The notes beneath the pieces were generated by a model. It had not been told where the DNA came from, searched no databases, and worked only from the letters and a program-made list of their open reading frames with translations. Made by a program: the position numbers and the translations under genes. 64,000 nt of DNA from Acidimicrobiia bacterium (GTDB taxonomy: Bacteria > Actinomycetota > Acidimicrobiia > IMCC26256 > JACDBD01), in NCBI GenBank assembly GCA_051002235.1, contig JBPCMN010000058.1, positions 3,769-67,768 of the forward strand, written 5' to 3'. Shown piece after piece: positions 24,387 through 33,502 of the stretch (position 1 is its first letter; every line of letters begins with the position of its first letter).

Positions 24387-26141
24387 ATGAGTGAGGACCA
24401 GCAACAGGAGCTCGAGCGTTCCGTGCTCGACGGCAAGGATCGCGAGCAGCTCCACGAGATCGCGGGTGCGATGGGCGTGCGCGCTGCCACCCGCATGAAG
24501 AAGGGCGACCTCATCGACGCCATCCTCGACGCCGCCAACGGCGACGCCGATGCCGGCCCGTCCAGCAACGAGGGTGCCGACGAGAAGCCCCGCCGCATCC
24601 GGTCGGCGCGCGCCAGCGAGGCCGATGCCGATCCCATCGCGGCCCTCGCCGCCGAGGAGGACGCGCTCGCCGCGGTCACCGACGGCGGCGACGCCGAGGC
24701 GGGCGAGCCCGCCGCCCGGCCCCGACCCCGCGCCCGAACCAGCTCGGCCGAAGCCGGTTCCTCCGGCGAGCGCGGCGGCTCCGACAAGGGCGGGTCGTCG
24801 GGCGGCGGCACCGCCACCGCCACCCGGACGCGCACCAACGAGCCCCGTACCGACCCGCCCAAGGCTGACGGGCCCAAGGCTGACGGGCCCAAGGCCGACG
24901 GGCCCAAGGCTGACGGGGAGGACGAGCGCCAGAGCTACGGCGAGGGCAACCGCCGCCGCCGCCGCCGCCGGGGGCGCGAGCGCCAGGGCGAGGATGCCGA
25001 GCCCCAGGGCGAGCCCGAGCCGACCGAGGGCCTGCTCGACCTACGCGACGAGGGCTACGGCTTCCTGCGGGCGACGGGCTACCTGGCCGGTCCCCAGGAC
25101 GTCTACGTCTCGGCGTCGCAGGTGAAGCGGTTCTCGCTGCGCAAGGGCGACTACGTCAAGGGCATGACCCGGCCCGCGGCCCGCACCGAGAAGTACCCCG
25201 CGCTGTTGCGCGTCGACGAGATCAACGGCATGAGCCCCGACGAGGCGCGCGCCCGCCCCCGCTTCGAGGATCTCACGCCGCTGTTCCCCGACTCGCAGCT
25301 GCGGCTCGAGCTCGACGACGACCCGCTCAACATGACCGGGCGCATCGTCGACCTTATCTCGCCCATCGGCAAGGGCCAGCGCGGCCTGGTCGTGTCGCCG
25401 CCGAAGGCGGGCAAGACCACCATCCTCAAGCAGCTCGTCTACTCGGTGGAACGCAACAACCCCGAGGTGCACCTCATGGTGCTGCTCGTCGACGAGCGGC
25501 CCGAGGAGTTCACCGACATGCGCCGCCACGTGCTCCAGGGCGAGGTGGTGGCGAGCACGTTCGACCGCCCGTCCGAGGAGCACACCCAGGTGGCCGAGCT
25601 CACCATCGATCGGGCCAAGCGCCTCGTCGAGATGGGCCAGGACGTCGTCATCGTGCTCGACGGCATCACCCGCCTCGCCCGCGCCTACAACCTGTCGGCG
25701 CCCGCGTCGGGGAGGATCCTCTCGGGTGGTGTCGACTCGACCGCCCTGTACCCGCCCAAGAGGTTTTTCGGCGCGGCGCGGAATATCGAGGAAGGCGGGT
25801 CGTTGACCATCATCGCCACCGCCCTCATCGAGACCGGCAGCCGGATGGACGAGGTGATCTTCGAGGAGTTCAAGGGCACCGGCAACATGGAGCTACGCCT
25901 CGACCGGCGCCTGTCCGAGCGGCGGATCTACCCGTCGATCGACGTCGAGGGGTCGAGCACCCGCCACGAGGAGCTGCTGTTCGACCGCGACCAGCTCCAG
26001 CAGGTGTGGAAGCTGCGGCGGGTGCTGAACGCCCTGGAGGACGGCAAGGGCCTCGAGTTGCTCATGGACAAGATCCGCACCACCAAGAGCAACGACGAGT
26101 TCCTCGCCGAGATCGCCAAGGCGCCGAGTCCCGGCTCGTAA
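24387..26141 (+). CDS. rho: transcription termination factor Rho with long disordered N-terminal insertion
   Basis: Track ORF of 584 aa. It has a Rho N-terminal domain, an RNA-binding OB fold (GYGFLR) and a RecA-type ATPase ([16 protein letters not shown]). A ~150-aa R/G/D/A-rich insert includes (PKADG)x4. Confidence 0.95.
   Translation: MSEDQQQELERSVLDGKDREQLHEIAGAMGVRAATRMKKGDLIDAILDAANGDADAGPSSNEGADEKPRRIRSARASEADADPIAALAAEEDALAAVTDGGDAEAGEPAARPRPRARTSSAEAGSSGERGGSDKGGSSGGGTATATRTRTNEPRTDPPKADGPKADGPKADGPKADGEDERQSYGEGNRRRRRRRGRERQGEDAEPQGEPEPTEGLLDLRDEGYGFLRATGYLAGPQDVYVSASQVKRFSLRKGDYVKGMTRPAARTEKYPALLRVDEINGMSPDEARARPRFEDLTPLFPDSQLRLELDDDPLNMTGRIVDLISPIGKGQRGLVVSPPKAGKTTILKQLVYSVERNNPEVHLMVLLVDERPEEFTDMRRHVLQGEVVASTFDRPSEEHTQVAELTIDRAKRLVEMGQDVVIVLDGITRLARAYNLSAPASGRILSGGVDSTALYPPKRFFGAARNIEEGGSLTIIATALIETGSRMDEVIFEEFKGTGNMELRLDRRLSERRIYPSIDVEGSSTRHEELLFDRDQLQQVWKLRRVLNALEDGKGLELLMDKIRTTKSNDEFLAEIAKAPSPGS
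24858..24917 (+). repeat. 4 x 15-bp tandem repeat inside rho (encodes PKADG x4)
   Basis: CCCAAGGCTGACGGG occurs at 24858, 24873, 24888 (one C/T difference) and 24903. Confidence 0.9.
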
Positions 26142-26165
26142 ATCGGGTCGTACACTGGAGAAGCG

Positions 26166-26387
26166 ATGAAAGCGGATATCCACCCCGACTACGTCGAGTG
26201 CCGCGTGACCTGCTCGTGCGGCAACACGTTCACCACCCGCTCGACCGTGCCCGAGCTGCGGGCCGAACTGTGCGCGGAGTGCCACCCCTTCTATACGGGC
26301 AAGCAGAAGCTGGTCGACACCGGCGGGCGGGTCGAGCGCTTCCAGCGCCGGTACGCCAAGGCCGACGCCGCCAAGAAGAAGGCCTAA
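26166..26387 (+). CDS. rpmE: 50S ribosomal protein L31
   Basis: Track ORF of 73 aa: MKADIHPDY...CSCGNTF...[13 protein letters not shown]. Confidence 0.95.
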   Translation: MKADIHPDYVECRVTCSCGNTFTTRSTVPELRAELCAECHPFYTGKQKLVDTGGRVERFQRRYAKADAAKKKA

Positions 26388-26391
26388 CCCG

Positions 26392-27333
26392 GTGGCGCGT
26401 CAGCCCCTGCCGAAGTACATGGGCGGGCAGGCCGTGATGGAAGGCGTGATGATGCGCGGCGAGCGCGCCTGGGCCGTCGCCGTGCGCACGCTCGACGGCG
26501 ACATCGAGGTCGAGGTCCACGACGCGCCCCGCTGGGCCGAGCGCTGGTCGAAGATCCCGCTCGTACGCGGGGTGGTGACGTTGGCTGAGTCGCTGACGCT
26601 GGGGTTCAAGGCCCTGACGTGGTCGGCCAACAAGCAGGTGCCCGAGGAAGAGCAACTCTCCTCCAAGGCGATCGGCTGGACGATGGCGGTCGCGTTGACC
26701 GTCTTCACCGCCATCTTCATCCTGCTGCCGGCGTTCGGCGCCCGGGGCCTCAACCGGGTCCTGCCCCTCGACGGGTTCTGGCTCCACGCCGCCGAGGGCG
26801 CGCTCCGCATCGGCCTGTTCATGGGCTACATCCTGCTCATCGGGCGCATGGCCGACATCAAGCGCGTGTTCCAGTACCACGGCGCCGAGCACAAGGCGAT
26901 CGCGGCCTACGAGAACGGAGTCGAGGTGACACCGGAGTCGGCGCAGCGCTTCACCACCGAGCACGTGCGCTGCGGTACCAACTTCCTCCTGACCGTGATG
27001 GTGATCACCATCGTCGTGTACGCGTTCTTCGGCCGGCCGGCGCTCCCGCTGCTGATCGCGTCGCGGGTGCTGCTCATTCCGCTCATCGCCGGCATCAGCT
27101 ACGAGATCATCCGGTTTGCCGCCCGGCACATGGACAAGGCGTGGATGCGCGTCCTCATGCGGCCCGGGCTGGCGCTGCAGAAGCTCACGACCCGCCAACC
27201 GAGCCTCGACCAGCTCGAGGTTGCGATCACCTCGCTGAAGGCGGTCATGACCGCCGAGCAGCTGAGCGAGGTCGAGGCCCGGCGCCCGCAGCCGGCGCCG
27301 GCCGCGCTGCCCGCGTTCCGCGGCGCGCTGTAG
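26392..27333 (+). CDS. DUF1385-family membrane protein (YqhQ-like)
   Basis: Track ORF of 313 aa: GGQAVMEGVMMRG...YHGAEHKAIAAYE... plus several hydrophobic segments. Confidence 0.85.
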   Translation: MARQPLPKYMGGQAVMEGVMMRGERAWAVAVRTLDGDIEVEVHDAPRWAERWSKIPLVRGVVTLAESLTLGFKALTWSANKQVPEEEQLSSKAIGWTMAVALTVFTAIFILLPAFGARGLNRVLPLDGFWLHAAEGALRIGLFMGYILLIGRMADIKRVFQYHGAEHKAIAAYENGVEVTPESAQRFTTEHVRCGTNFLLTVMVITIVVYAFFGRPALPLLIASRVLLIPLIAGISYEIIRFAARHMDKAWMRVLMRPGLALQKLTTRQPSLDQLEVAITSLKAVMTAEQLSEVEARRPQPAPAALPAFRGAL

Positions 27334-27385
27334 CCCGCTCCCTGACGTTCGCGCGCTTCCGTCTGCGTGACATCGGGCACCATGT

Positions 27386-27406
27386 TCTTGCACTCCGCGT
27401 GCAAGA
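27386..27406. promoter_or_regulatory. perfect 8-5-8 palindrome upstream of the diiron-like gene (candidate operator)
   Basis: TCTTGCAC (27386-27393), then TCCGC, then GTGCAAGA (27399-27406). The palindrome ends 17 nt before the GTG at 27423. Confidence 0.35.
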
Positions 27407-27422
27407 GTCTTAGGCTCGGGTC

Positions 27423-28508
27423 GTGAGCAAGCTCCCCTCCAACAACGTCCAGACCGAGTGGACCGAGACGGAGCTGCTCGCCTCGGACGAGATCGCCGAG
27501 CCGCTGGTCGCCGCGGGCGTGCGCTGCCACGGCGGCTTCGACGCCGCCGGCGAGTACCGGTCCCCGCGCACCCGCAACCGCTCGCCCGCGATCGACGCCT
27601 GGCAGCGGCACCACCGCGAGCAGTTCGGAACCGAGCTCATCGACGTGCCGTTGTCGACCTGGCCCGAGAGCTACCCCAACGTCGCCCAGGCCAAGTTCCT
27701 GTTGCGCTCCGGGGTGCGCGAGCCGATGATCACCGTCCTCACCCGGATCGGCACCGTCGAGGGCTTCGGCGCCATGATCCGCTACGCGGACGTCGGCGAC
27801 ATTCAGCGCTTCTTCGACGACAGCATCACCGGCACCGCGACCGCCCACCTCAACCGCGGTCTGTTCGAGGCCCACGCCCGCGACGAAGCCGGCTTCGAGG
27901 ACGAGGCCGGCCACAAGCAGATGTGGTTCGCGGCGCGCGACATCGCGTTCGAGGAGCCGATCACAGAGGACCAGACCGCGACCATGCTCGAGCGCATGGG
28001 CCTTCGTGGCAGCGGTGGGAGTGCGCCCGACCCGGAGCGGATTCGCCGCCAGATGGAGGATCAGCTCGTGTTCACCGACCTCGACTTCGGGCTCGAGATG
28101 CTCGTGCAGCGGATGATCGGCATCCTGCTCATCGAGATCTCGGCGTTCCACACGTTTGCGTGGGCCGAAGCCGTGCTGTCCGACGCCGATCTCGTTGCCG
28201 GCGATGGCGACGCCGCACGGGTCGTCTCCTACATTCGCCGGGACGAGACCCCCCACGTCGAGTACCTCAAGACCGCCATCACCGAGATGCGCGACCGAAC
28301 GTTCGTCGGCGAGTCGGGACGGAAGATCCCCGGGACCGAGGTCGTGGGCGAGCTCTGGGACCGGGGCCTGGCCGACTCGCTCGGACCCCGCCGCGAGCAG
28401 CAGCGCGAGACGACCCGGCGCGAGATCGAGCGCGCAGTGCGGGCGAATCCGGGCGGCGACGACCTGCTCGAGGAGCTCGACGCGCTCAGCACGGAGGCGC
28501 AGACGTGA
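27423..28508 (+). CDS. hypothetical protein, possible ferritin-like diiron-carboxylate enzyme
   Basis: Track ORF of 361 aa. It has two E-x-x-H motifs (FEDEAGHKQ and RRDETPHVEY), each preceded by a helix-embedded Glu (GTVEGFG and LLIEIS/WAEAV). I recognise no family. Confidence 0.6.
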   Translation: MSKLPSNNVQTEWTETELLASDEIAEPLVAAGVRCHGGFDAAGEYRSPRTRNRSPAIDAWQRHHREQFGTELIDVPLSTWPESYPNVAQAKFLLRSGVREPMITVLTRIGTVEGFGAMIRYADVGDIQRFFDDSITGTATAHLNRGLFEAHARDEAGFEDEAGHKQMWFAARDIAFEEPITEDQTATMLERMGLRGSGGSAPDPERIRRQMEDQLVFTDLDFGLEMLVQRMIGILLIEISAFHTFAWAEAVLSDADLVAGDGDAARVVSYIRRDETPHVEYLKTAITEMRDRTFVGESGRKIPGTEVVGELWDRGLADSLGPRREQQRETTRREIERAVRANPGGDDLLEELDALSTEAQT

Positions 28509-29875
28509 AGTTCGGCCTGTTCTACGAGCATCAGCTCCCCCGCCCCTGGGACGACGAGTCGGAGTACAAGCTGCTCCAGCAGGCGCTCGAGCAGTGCGAG
28601 CTCGCCGACTCGCTCGGCATCGAATACGTCTGGGAGGTCGAGCACCACTTCCTCGAGGAGTACAGCCACTCGAGCGCGCCCGAGGTGTTCCTCGCGGCGG
28701 TGTCGCAGCGCACCAAGGACATGCGCCTCGGCCACGGCATCGTGCAGACGCCGCCCCCGTTCAACCACCCCGCCCGCGTCGCCGAGCGCATCGCCATGCT
28801 CGACCTCGTGTCGGGTGGCCGGGTCGACTTCGGCACCGGCGAGTCGTCGTCGGAAGCCGAGCTCGGCGGCTTCCTCATCGACCCCGAAGACAAGCGGCCG
28901 ATGTGGGAGGAGGGACTCCGGGTCGCGCTGCGCTGCCTGACCGAGGAGCCGTTCACCGGCCACGCCGGGAAGTGGGTCGCGATGCCGCCCCGCAACGTCG
29001 TGCCCAAGCCCCGGCAGAAGCCGCACCCGCCGGTGTGGGTGGCGTGCAGCCGGCGCGACACGATGCACCTCGCCGCTCAGAAGGCCATCGGCGCGCTGAC
29101 GTTCGCGTTCGTCGACCCCGAAGAGGCGCGCTACTGGATCAAGGACTACTACGAGACCCTCGAGGAGCAGGGGGTGCCGATCGGCGACGCGGTCAACGCC
29201 AACGTCGCCTGCGTGTCGACGTTCATGTGCCACCCCGACGAGGACCAGGCGCTGCTACGCGGACTGGAGGGCGCCAACTTCTTCGGCTACTCGCTGGCGC
29301 ACTACTACGTCTTCGGGCGCCATCACCCGGGCAAGACCGACGTCTGGGCCGAGTACCAGAAGCGTCGGGCGGAGCAGGGCTACGACCCTGCCGCGGTGCA
29401 CGCCGCGGCCGCGAACAACGACCGGCTCGGAGCCAAGGTGGTCGAGAACGGCCTGGGCGGCCTGCGCGGTGCGGTGGGGACGCCCGATCAGATCCGCGAG
29501 TACCTCCACCGCTACGAGGAGTGCGGCGTCGACCAGGTCATCTTCGTGAGCCAGTCGGGCAAGAACCGCCACGAGCACATCATGGAGAGCCTCGACCTGT
29601 TCGGGCGCGAGGTCCTGCCCGAGTTCAAGGACCGCGATCCCCAACACGAGCGCGACAAGGCGAAGCGCCTGGCACCGATCGTCGACAAGGTCATGGCCCG
29701 CAAGCCCGCCGAGGACCACCCGCCGCTGCCGTCGCCCGACTACGAGTTTCCCGCCATCCCCCGGGCGATGGCCGACCGCGCCGGCGCCGACGAGTTCCAC
29801 CAGTTCCTCGACCAGGTCGCGGAGCAGAGCGCCGGCGGCGACAACTCCGTGCTGGAGGCGTGGCGAACCAGCTGA
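28505..29875 (+). CDS. LLM-class (luciferase-like) flavin-dependent oxidoreductase
   Basis: GTG at 28505 overlaps the upstream stop (GTGA), within track ORF 27458..29875. The protein reads VKFGLFYEHQLPRPW...ADSLGIEYVWEVEHHF...GRVDFGTGESSS. Confidence 0.85.
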   Translation: MKFGLFYEHQLPRPWDDESEYKLLQQALEQCELADSLGIEYVWEVEHHFLEEYSHSSAPEVFLAAVSQRTKDMRLGHGIVQTPPPFNHPARVAERIAMLDLVSGGRVDFGTGESSSEAELGGFLIDPEDKRPMWEEGLRVALRCLTEEPFTGHAGKWVAMPPRNVVPKPRQKPHPPVWVACSRRDTMHLAAQKAIGALTFAFVDPEEARYWIKDYYETLEEQGVPIGDAVNANVACVSTFMCHPDEDQALLRGLEGANFFGYSLAHYYVFGRHHPGKTDVWAEYQKRRAEQGYDPAAVHAAAANNDRLGAKVVENGLGGLRGAVGTPDQIREYLHRYEECGVDQVIFVSQSGKNRHEHIMESLDLFGREVLPEFKDRDPQHERDKAKRLAPIVDKVMARKPAEDHPPLPSPDYEFPAIPRAMADRAGADEFHQFLDQVAEQSAGGDNSVLEAWRTS

Positions 29876-30013
29876 CCGGCTGAACGCATCCTCAGGGGGC
29901 CTTCACATTCCGCTGACAGATCGGGGCGACACTGAGCCCTGTGCCACCACTCCAAGGACAGAAGCTCGGCGAGCGCGAGCGGGTCGGTCGACGCGACCAC
30001 GCTGGTCGACCAA

Positions 30014-30643
30014 GTGGAGCGGGCGATCGGCCTGACCGGGACCGCCCGCACCGACCTCGAGCGCGCCCTGAGCGAATCGAGCAGTGAAAGCGACGGTGAC
30101 CAAGCGGACAGGGAGGAGGCGGCGGCGGACGACGAGCAGGCGGCCATGACGGGGCAGGGCCGCTACGGCGACCGCACGGTGGTCGACTCGCTGGCGCTGG
30201 CAGCGCGTTTGGTCACGTCGAAGGCGAAGCCGCGGGTGATCTACATCAACGGCATCGGCGACTTCGACACGCATCAGGGCCAGGCCGACCGCCACCCGCT
30301 GCTCATGCAGCAGCTCGACGACGGCATCGAGCAGTTCTTCACCACCGTCGGCGCCGACGAGGACGTCGCGCTCATGACCGTCTCCGAGTTCGGCCGCCGC
30401 CCGGCCGAGAACGGCAGCGGCACCGACCACGGCACCGCCAACGTGCATTTCGTCGCCGGCGCTCAGGTGCGGGGCGGTCGCTACGGAACGCCGCCGAACC
30501 TGGGGACGCTCGACCGCGGGGGCAACCTCGAGCACCACGTCGACTTCCGTGCTCTGTACGCCACCGGTCTGGACTGGCTCGGCGTCGAGTCGCGACCCGT
30601 CCTCGGCGACGACTTCGACCCGCTGCCGATCTTTCGTTCGTAG
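30014..30643 (+). pseudogene. DUF1501 (sulfatase-like) protein, C-terminal half only
   Basis: Track ORF of 209 aa. The segment GDFDTHQGQ...MTVSEFGRRPAENGSGTDHGTANVHFVAGAQVRGG matches only the C-terminal part of DUF1501 proteins (normally ~400-480 aa with a Tat signal). The reading frame is closed by TGA at 29933, so no N-terminal domain is present. Confidence 0.5.
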
Positions 30644-30679
30644 CCCGGAGGACGGGCACCACCCCGGTACCCTGGCCGC

Positions 30680-31750
30680 ATGTTCGAGCGCCTCACCGAT
30701 CTCGAGGCCGAGCTGGAGAAGCTCGAGTCCCGTCTCCCCGAGTTGTACGCGGCCGGGGACCAGGCGGCCGCGCGCGACGCCGGGCGGCGCCACGCCGAGC
30801 TCAAGCCGGTGGTCGACGCGTACCGGGAGTACCGCGCGGTCGAGCAGGACGTCGCCGATGCCCGGGAGCTGCTCGAGGGCGAGGCCGACGGGGAGATGCG
30901 CGACTACCTGCGCGCCGAGGTCGAGGACAAGGAGACCGCGCTGGCCGAGCTGGATGGCCGGCTCCGCGAGCTGCTGGTGCGGGCGGATCCCAACACGGGC
31001 AAGAACGTCATCGTCGAGATCCGGGGCGCGGAGGGCGGCGAGGAGGCGAACCTCTGGGCCGGCGACCTCTTCACCATGTACAAGCGCTACGCCGAGAACC
31101 ACGGCTGGAAGGTGGAGGAGCTCGCGAGCCAGCCGTCCGACATGGGCGGCTTCCGGGAGATCTCGTTTGTCGTCAAGGGCCCGGACGCGTGGGACCGACT
31201 CAAGCACGAGGGCGGGCCCCACCGGGTGCAGCGGGTGCCGGTCACCGAGAGCCAGGGCCGGGTCCACACCAGCGCGGCCACGGTCGCGGTGCTGCCCGAA
31301 GCCGAGGAGGTCGACATCCGCATCGACCCCAACGAGCTCGAGGTCGACGTCTATCGCTCCAGCGGCCCGGGCGGGCAGTCGGTGAACACCACCGACTCGG
31401 CGGTGCGGATCACGCACAAGCCGACCGGGCTGGTCGTGACCTGCCAGGACGAGAAGAGCCAACTCCAGAACAAGGAGAAGGCGCTGCGCATCCTGCGATC
31501 GCGCCTCCTCGAGCTCGAGCGTGAGCAACAGGCCCACGAGTTGTCGTCGACCCGGCGCGACCAGGTGAAGGGGGGCGGACGCTCCGAGAAGGTGCGCACC
31601 TACAACTTCAAGGACAACCGGGTCACCGACCACCGCGTCGGCGTCACCCTGCACTCCCTCGACCAGGTGCTTGGAGGCCAGATCGACGAGATCGTCGACG
31701 CCCTTGCCGCCGCCGAGCGAGCCGACCAGCTGGGTGCCGGCAACGGCTGA
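30680..31750 (+). CDS. prfA: peptide chain release factor 1
   Basis: Track ORF of 356 aa with the PVTESQGR motif (PxT-type recognition) and the GGQ motif (SGPGGQSVNTT). Confidence 0.95.
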   Translation: MFERLTDLEAELEKLESRLPELYAAGDQAAARDAGRRHAELKPVVDAYREYRAVEQDVADARELLEGEADGEMRDYLRAEVEDKETALAELDGRLRELLVRADPNTGKNVIVEIRGAEGGEEANLWAGDLFTMYKRYAENHGWKVEELASQPSDMGGFREISFVVKGPDAWDRLKHEGGPHRVQRVPVTESQGRVHTSAATVAVLPEAEEVDIRIDPNELEVDVYRSSGPGGQSVNTTDSAVRITHKPTGLVVTCQDEKSQLQNKEKALRILRSRLLELEREQQAHELSSTRRDQVKGGGRSEKVRTYNFKDNRVTDHRVGVTLHSLDQVLGGQIDEIVDALAAAERADQLGAGNG

Positions 31751-32654
31751 GGGCGCCAGCTGGCGGGAACTGCGAGCGCGGGCTGAGCGCGAGCTGCGCG
31801 CCGCGGGCGTGCCCGACCCCGGCAGCGAGGCGCGCTGGATGGTCGAACAGATCTCGGGATACGAAGGCGCCGAGCTGGTCGCGTCCGAAGCCGAACCGGT
31901 GCCGACACGCGGCGAGGACAACCTCACCGCGATGCTCGAGCGTCGCGCCGGCGGCGAGCCCCTCCAGTACGTCCTGGGTGAATGGTCGTTCCGCCGCCTC
32001 GACCTGCTGGTGGACCGGCGGGTCTTGATCCCGCGCCCCGAGACCGAGGTCACGGCTGAGGTCGCGATCGAGGAGGCGCAGCGGCTCGGTGGCCGTCGCG
32101 GCGCGCCCAATCCGTGGACGGGGACGGCCGCGGCGTACACGATCGCCGATCTGGGCACGGGGTCGGGGGCACTCGCGCTCGCGCTGGCGGCGGAGCTCCC
32201 CGACGCGGAGGTCTGGGCGACCGATGCGAGCGAGGACGCGTTGGCGGTGGCGCGCGCCAACCTGGCCGGCGCCGGGCAGCCGGCAATCCGGGTGCGCCTG
32301 GCTCGCGGCGACTGGTTCGACGCGCTGCCCGCGGAGATTCGAGGCCGGCTGCGAATGGTCGTCGCCAACCCGCCGTACGTGAGTGAGGCGGAGCTCGCCG
32401 GGCTCTCGCCGGACGTCCGTGAGCACGAACCGGTGGACGCGCTCGTGAGCGGACCGACCGGTCTCGAGGCGATAGAGGTCATCGTGGCGGACGCGCCGGC
32501 GTGGCTCGAGCCCGGGGGAGCGCTCGTGTGCGAGCTCGCGCCGCACCAGCGGGACGCTGCGATCGAGCGCGCCCGGAACGCCGGCTTCGCCGAAACACTC
32601 GTTCGCCCCGATCTCACCGGCCGAGACCGGGTACTCGTCGCCCGGCTTGGGTAA
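31734..32654 (+). CDS. prmC: release-factor glutamine N5-methyltransferase PrmC/HemK
   Basis: In-frame GTG at 31734 within track ORF 31671..32654, overlapping the prfA end. The protein carries DLGTGSGALAL (SAM motif) and VVANPPYV. Confidence 0.9.
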   Translation: MPATAEGASWRELRARAERELRAAGVPDPGSEARWMVEQISGYEGAELVASEAEPVPTRGEDNLTAMLERRAGGEPLQYVLGEWSFRRLDLLVDRRVLIPRPETEVTAEVAIEEAQRLGGRRGAPNPWTGTAAAYTIADLGTGSGALALALAAELPDAEVWATDASEDALAVARANLAGAGQPAIRVRLARGDWFDALPAEIRGRLRMVVANPPYVSEAELAGLSPDVREHEPVDALVSGPTGLEAIEVIVADAPAWLEPGGALVCELAPHQRDAAIERARNAGFAETLVRPDLTGRDRVLVARLG

Positions 32655-32663
32655 CGTGCGCGC

Positions 32664-32891
32664 GTGGCCGACCAGCTCGACGTCGAGGCGATGCTCGAGC
32701 GCTTCCGCCAGCGGGCCGCGGCGGTGGAGGACCGGCCCCTCCCGCCGGTCGCGGGAGAGGAGCGCCAGCGCTTTGTCGAGCAGGCCCAGCTCGACTTCCA
32801 GGACTTCGCCATCGTCGGCGATGCCACCTGGGAGTTCGAGGACGGCATCCTGACGCTGCGGGTCGACCTCACGCCCAAGGACGAGTCATAG
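32664..32891 (+). CDS. small hypothetical protein (75 aa)
   Basis: Track ORF with a GTG start 10 nt after the prmC stop. The sequence is acidic and non-repetitive: ...FVEQAQLDFQDFAIVGDATWEFEDGILTLRVDL. Confidence 0.5.
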   Translation: MADQLDVEAMLERFRQRAAAVEDRPLPPVAGEERQRFVEQAQLDFQDFAIVGDATWEFEDGILTLRVDLTPKDES

Positions 32892-33502
32892 ACCGCGAGA
32901 CGGTCGACCAGCTGCTCTCGACGACGCGGGCGGTGCGCAAGCGCCTCGACCTCACCCGGCCGGTGCCGCGCGAGGTGATCGTGGAGTGCCTGCGGCTGGC
33001 CATCCAGGCGCCGACCGGCTCGAACCGCCAGGGCTGGCGGTGGATGATCGTGACCGACGCCGACAAGCGCGCTGCCCTCGCCGACTGGTACGGCGACGTG
33101 TTCGGGCCCTACATCGCCAGCGCCGGTGACGACGCCCCCAAGTCGCGCGTTGCGGAGTCGGCGATCTGGCTGGCGGAGCACCTGCACGAGGTCCCCGTGC
33201 ACGTGATCCCGTGCATCGAGGACTACACCAAGGGCGCCGCCCATGCCGGCGTGTACGCGTCGATCTACCCCGCGGTCTGGAGCTTCCAGCTGGCGTTGCG
33301 CAGCCGCGGCCTCGGCACCGTCCTCACCACGCTCCACCTCCCCCACGAGCGCGAGGCGGCCGAGCTCCTCGGGATCCCCGAAGGGTTCATCCAGGCCGCG
33401 CTGCTGCCGGTCGCCTACTACGAAGGCGAGGAGTTCAAACCCGCCAAGCGCCGCCCGGTCGAGGAGATCACGTACTGGGACGAGTGGGGGAGCACGGCCT
33501 AG
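32888..33502 (+). CDS. nitroreductase-family protein (start codon unresolved)
   Basis: C-terminal part of track ORF 32501..33502: IDRETVDQLLSTTRAVRKRLD...ECLRLAIQAPTGSNRQGWRWMIV. There is no ATG, GTG or TTG between 32828 and the conserved N-terminus. ATA at 32888 is the nearest table-11 start. Confidence 0.7.
   Translation: MDRETVDQLLSTTRAVRKRLDLTRPVPREVIVECLRLAIQAPTGSNRQGWRWMIVTDADKRAALADWYGDVFGPYIASAGDDAPKSRVAESAIWLAEHLHEVPVHVIPCIEDYTKGAAHAGVYASIYPAVWSFQLALRSRGLGTVLTTLHLPHEREAAELLGIPEGFIQAALLPVAYYEGEEFKPAKRRPVEEITYWDEWGSTA

Noticed and set aside
24858-24917. Tandem 15-bp repeats considered as a possible CRISPR-like or minisatellite element.
   Set aside because: The units are contiguous without spacers, lie in frame inside rho and encode PKADG x4. 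This is a coding low-complexity repeat, not an array.
32875-32895. Programmed -1 ribosomal frameshift fusing the 75-aa ORF to the nitroreductase.
   Set aside because: There is no X-XXY-YYZ slippery heptamer (the local sequence is CCCAAGGACGAGTCATAGACC) and no obvious downstream pseudoknot. A non-canonical start or a sequence error is more likely. It is kept as a low-interest finding only.
29903-33346. A 1147-aa minus-strand ORF, the longest in the track.
   Set aside because: It runs antisense to the DUF1501 fragment, prfA, prmC and the nitroreductase gene, which all have clear family motifs. Its translation is R/A/G/S/P-rich low complexity. This is the typical stop-codon-poor antisense frame of a high-G+C genome.
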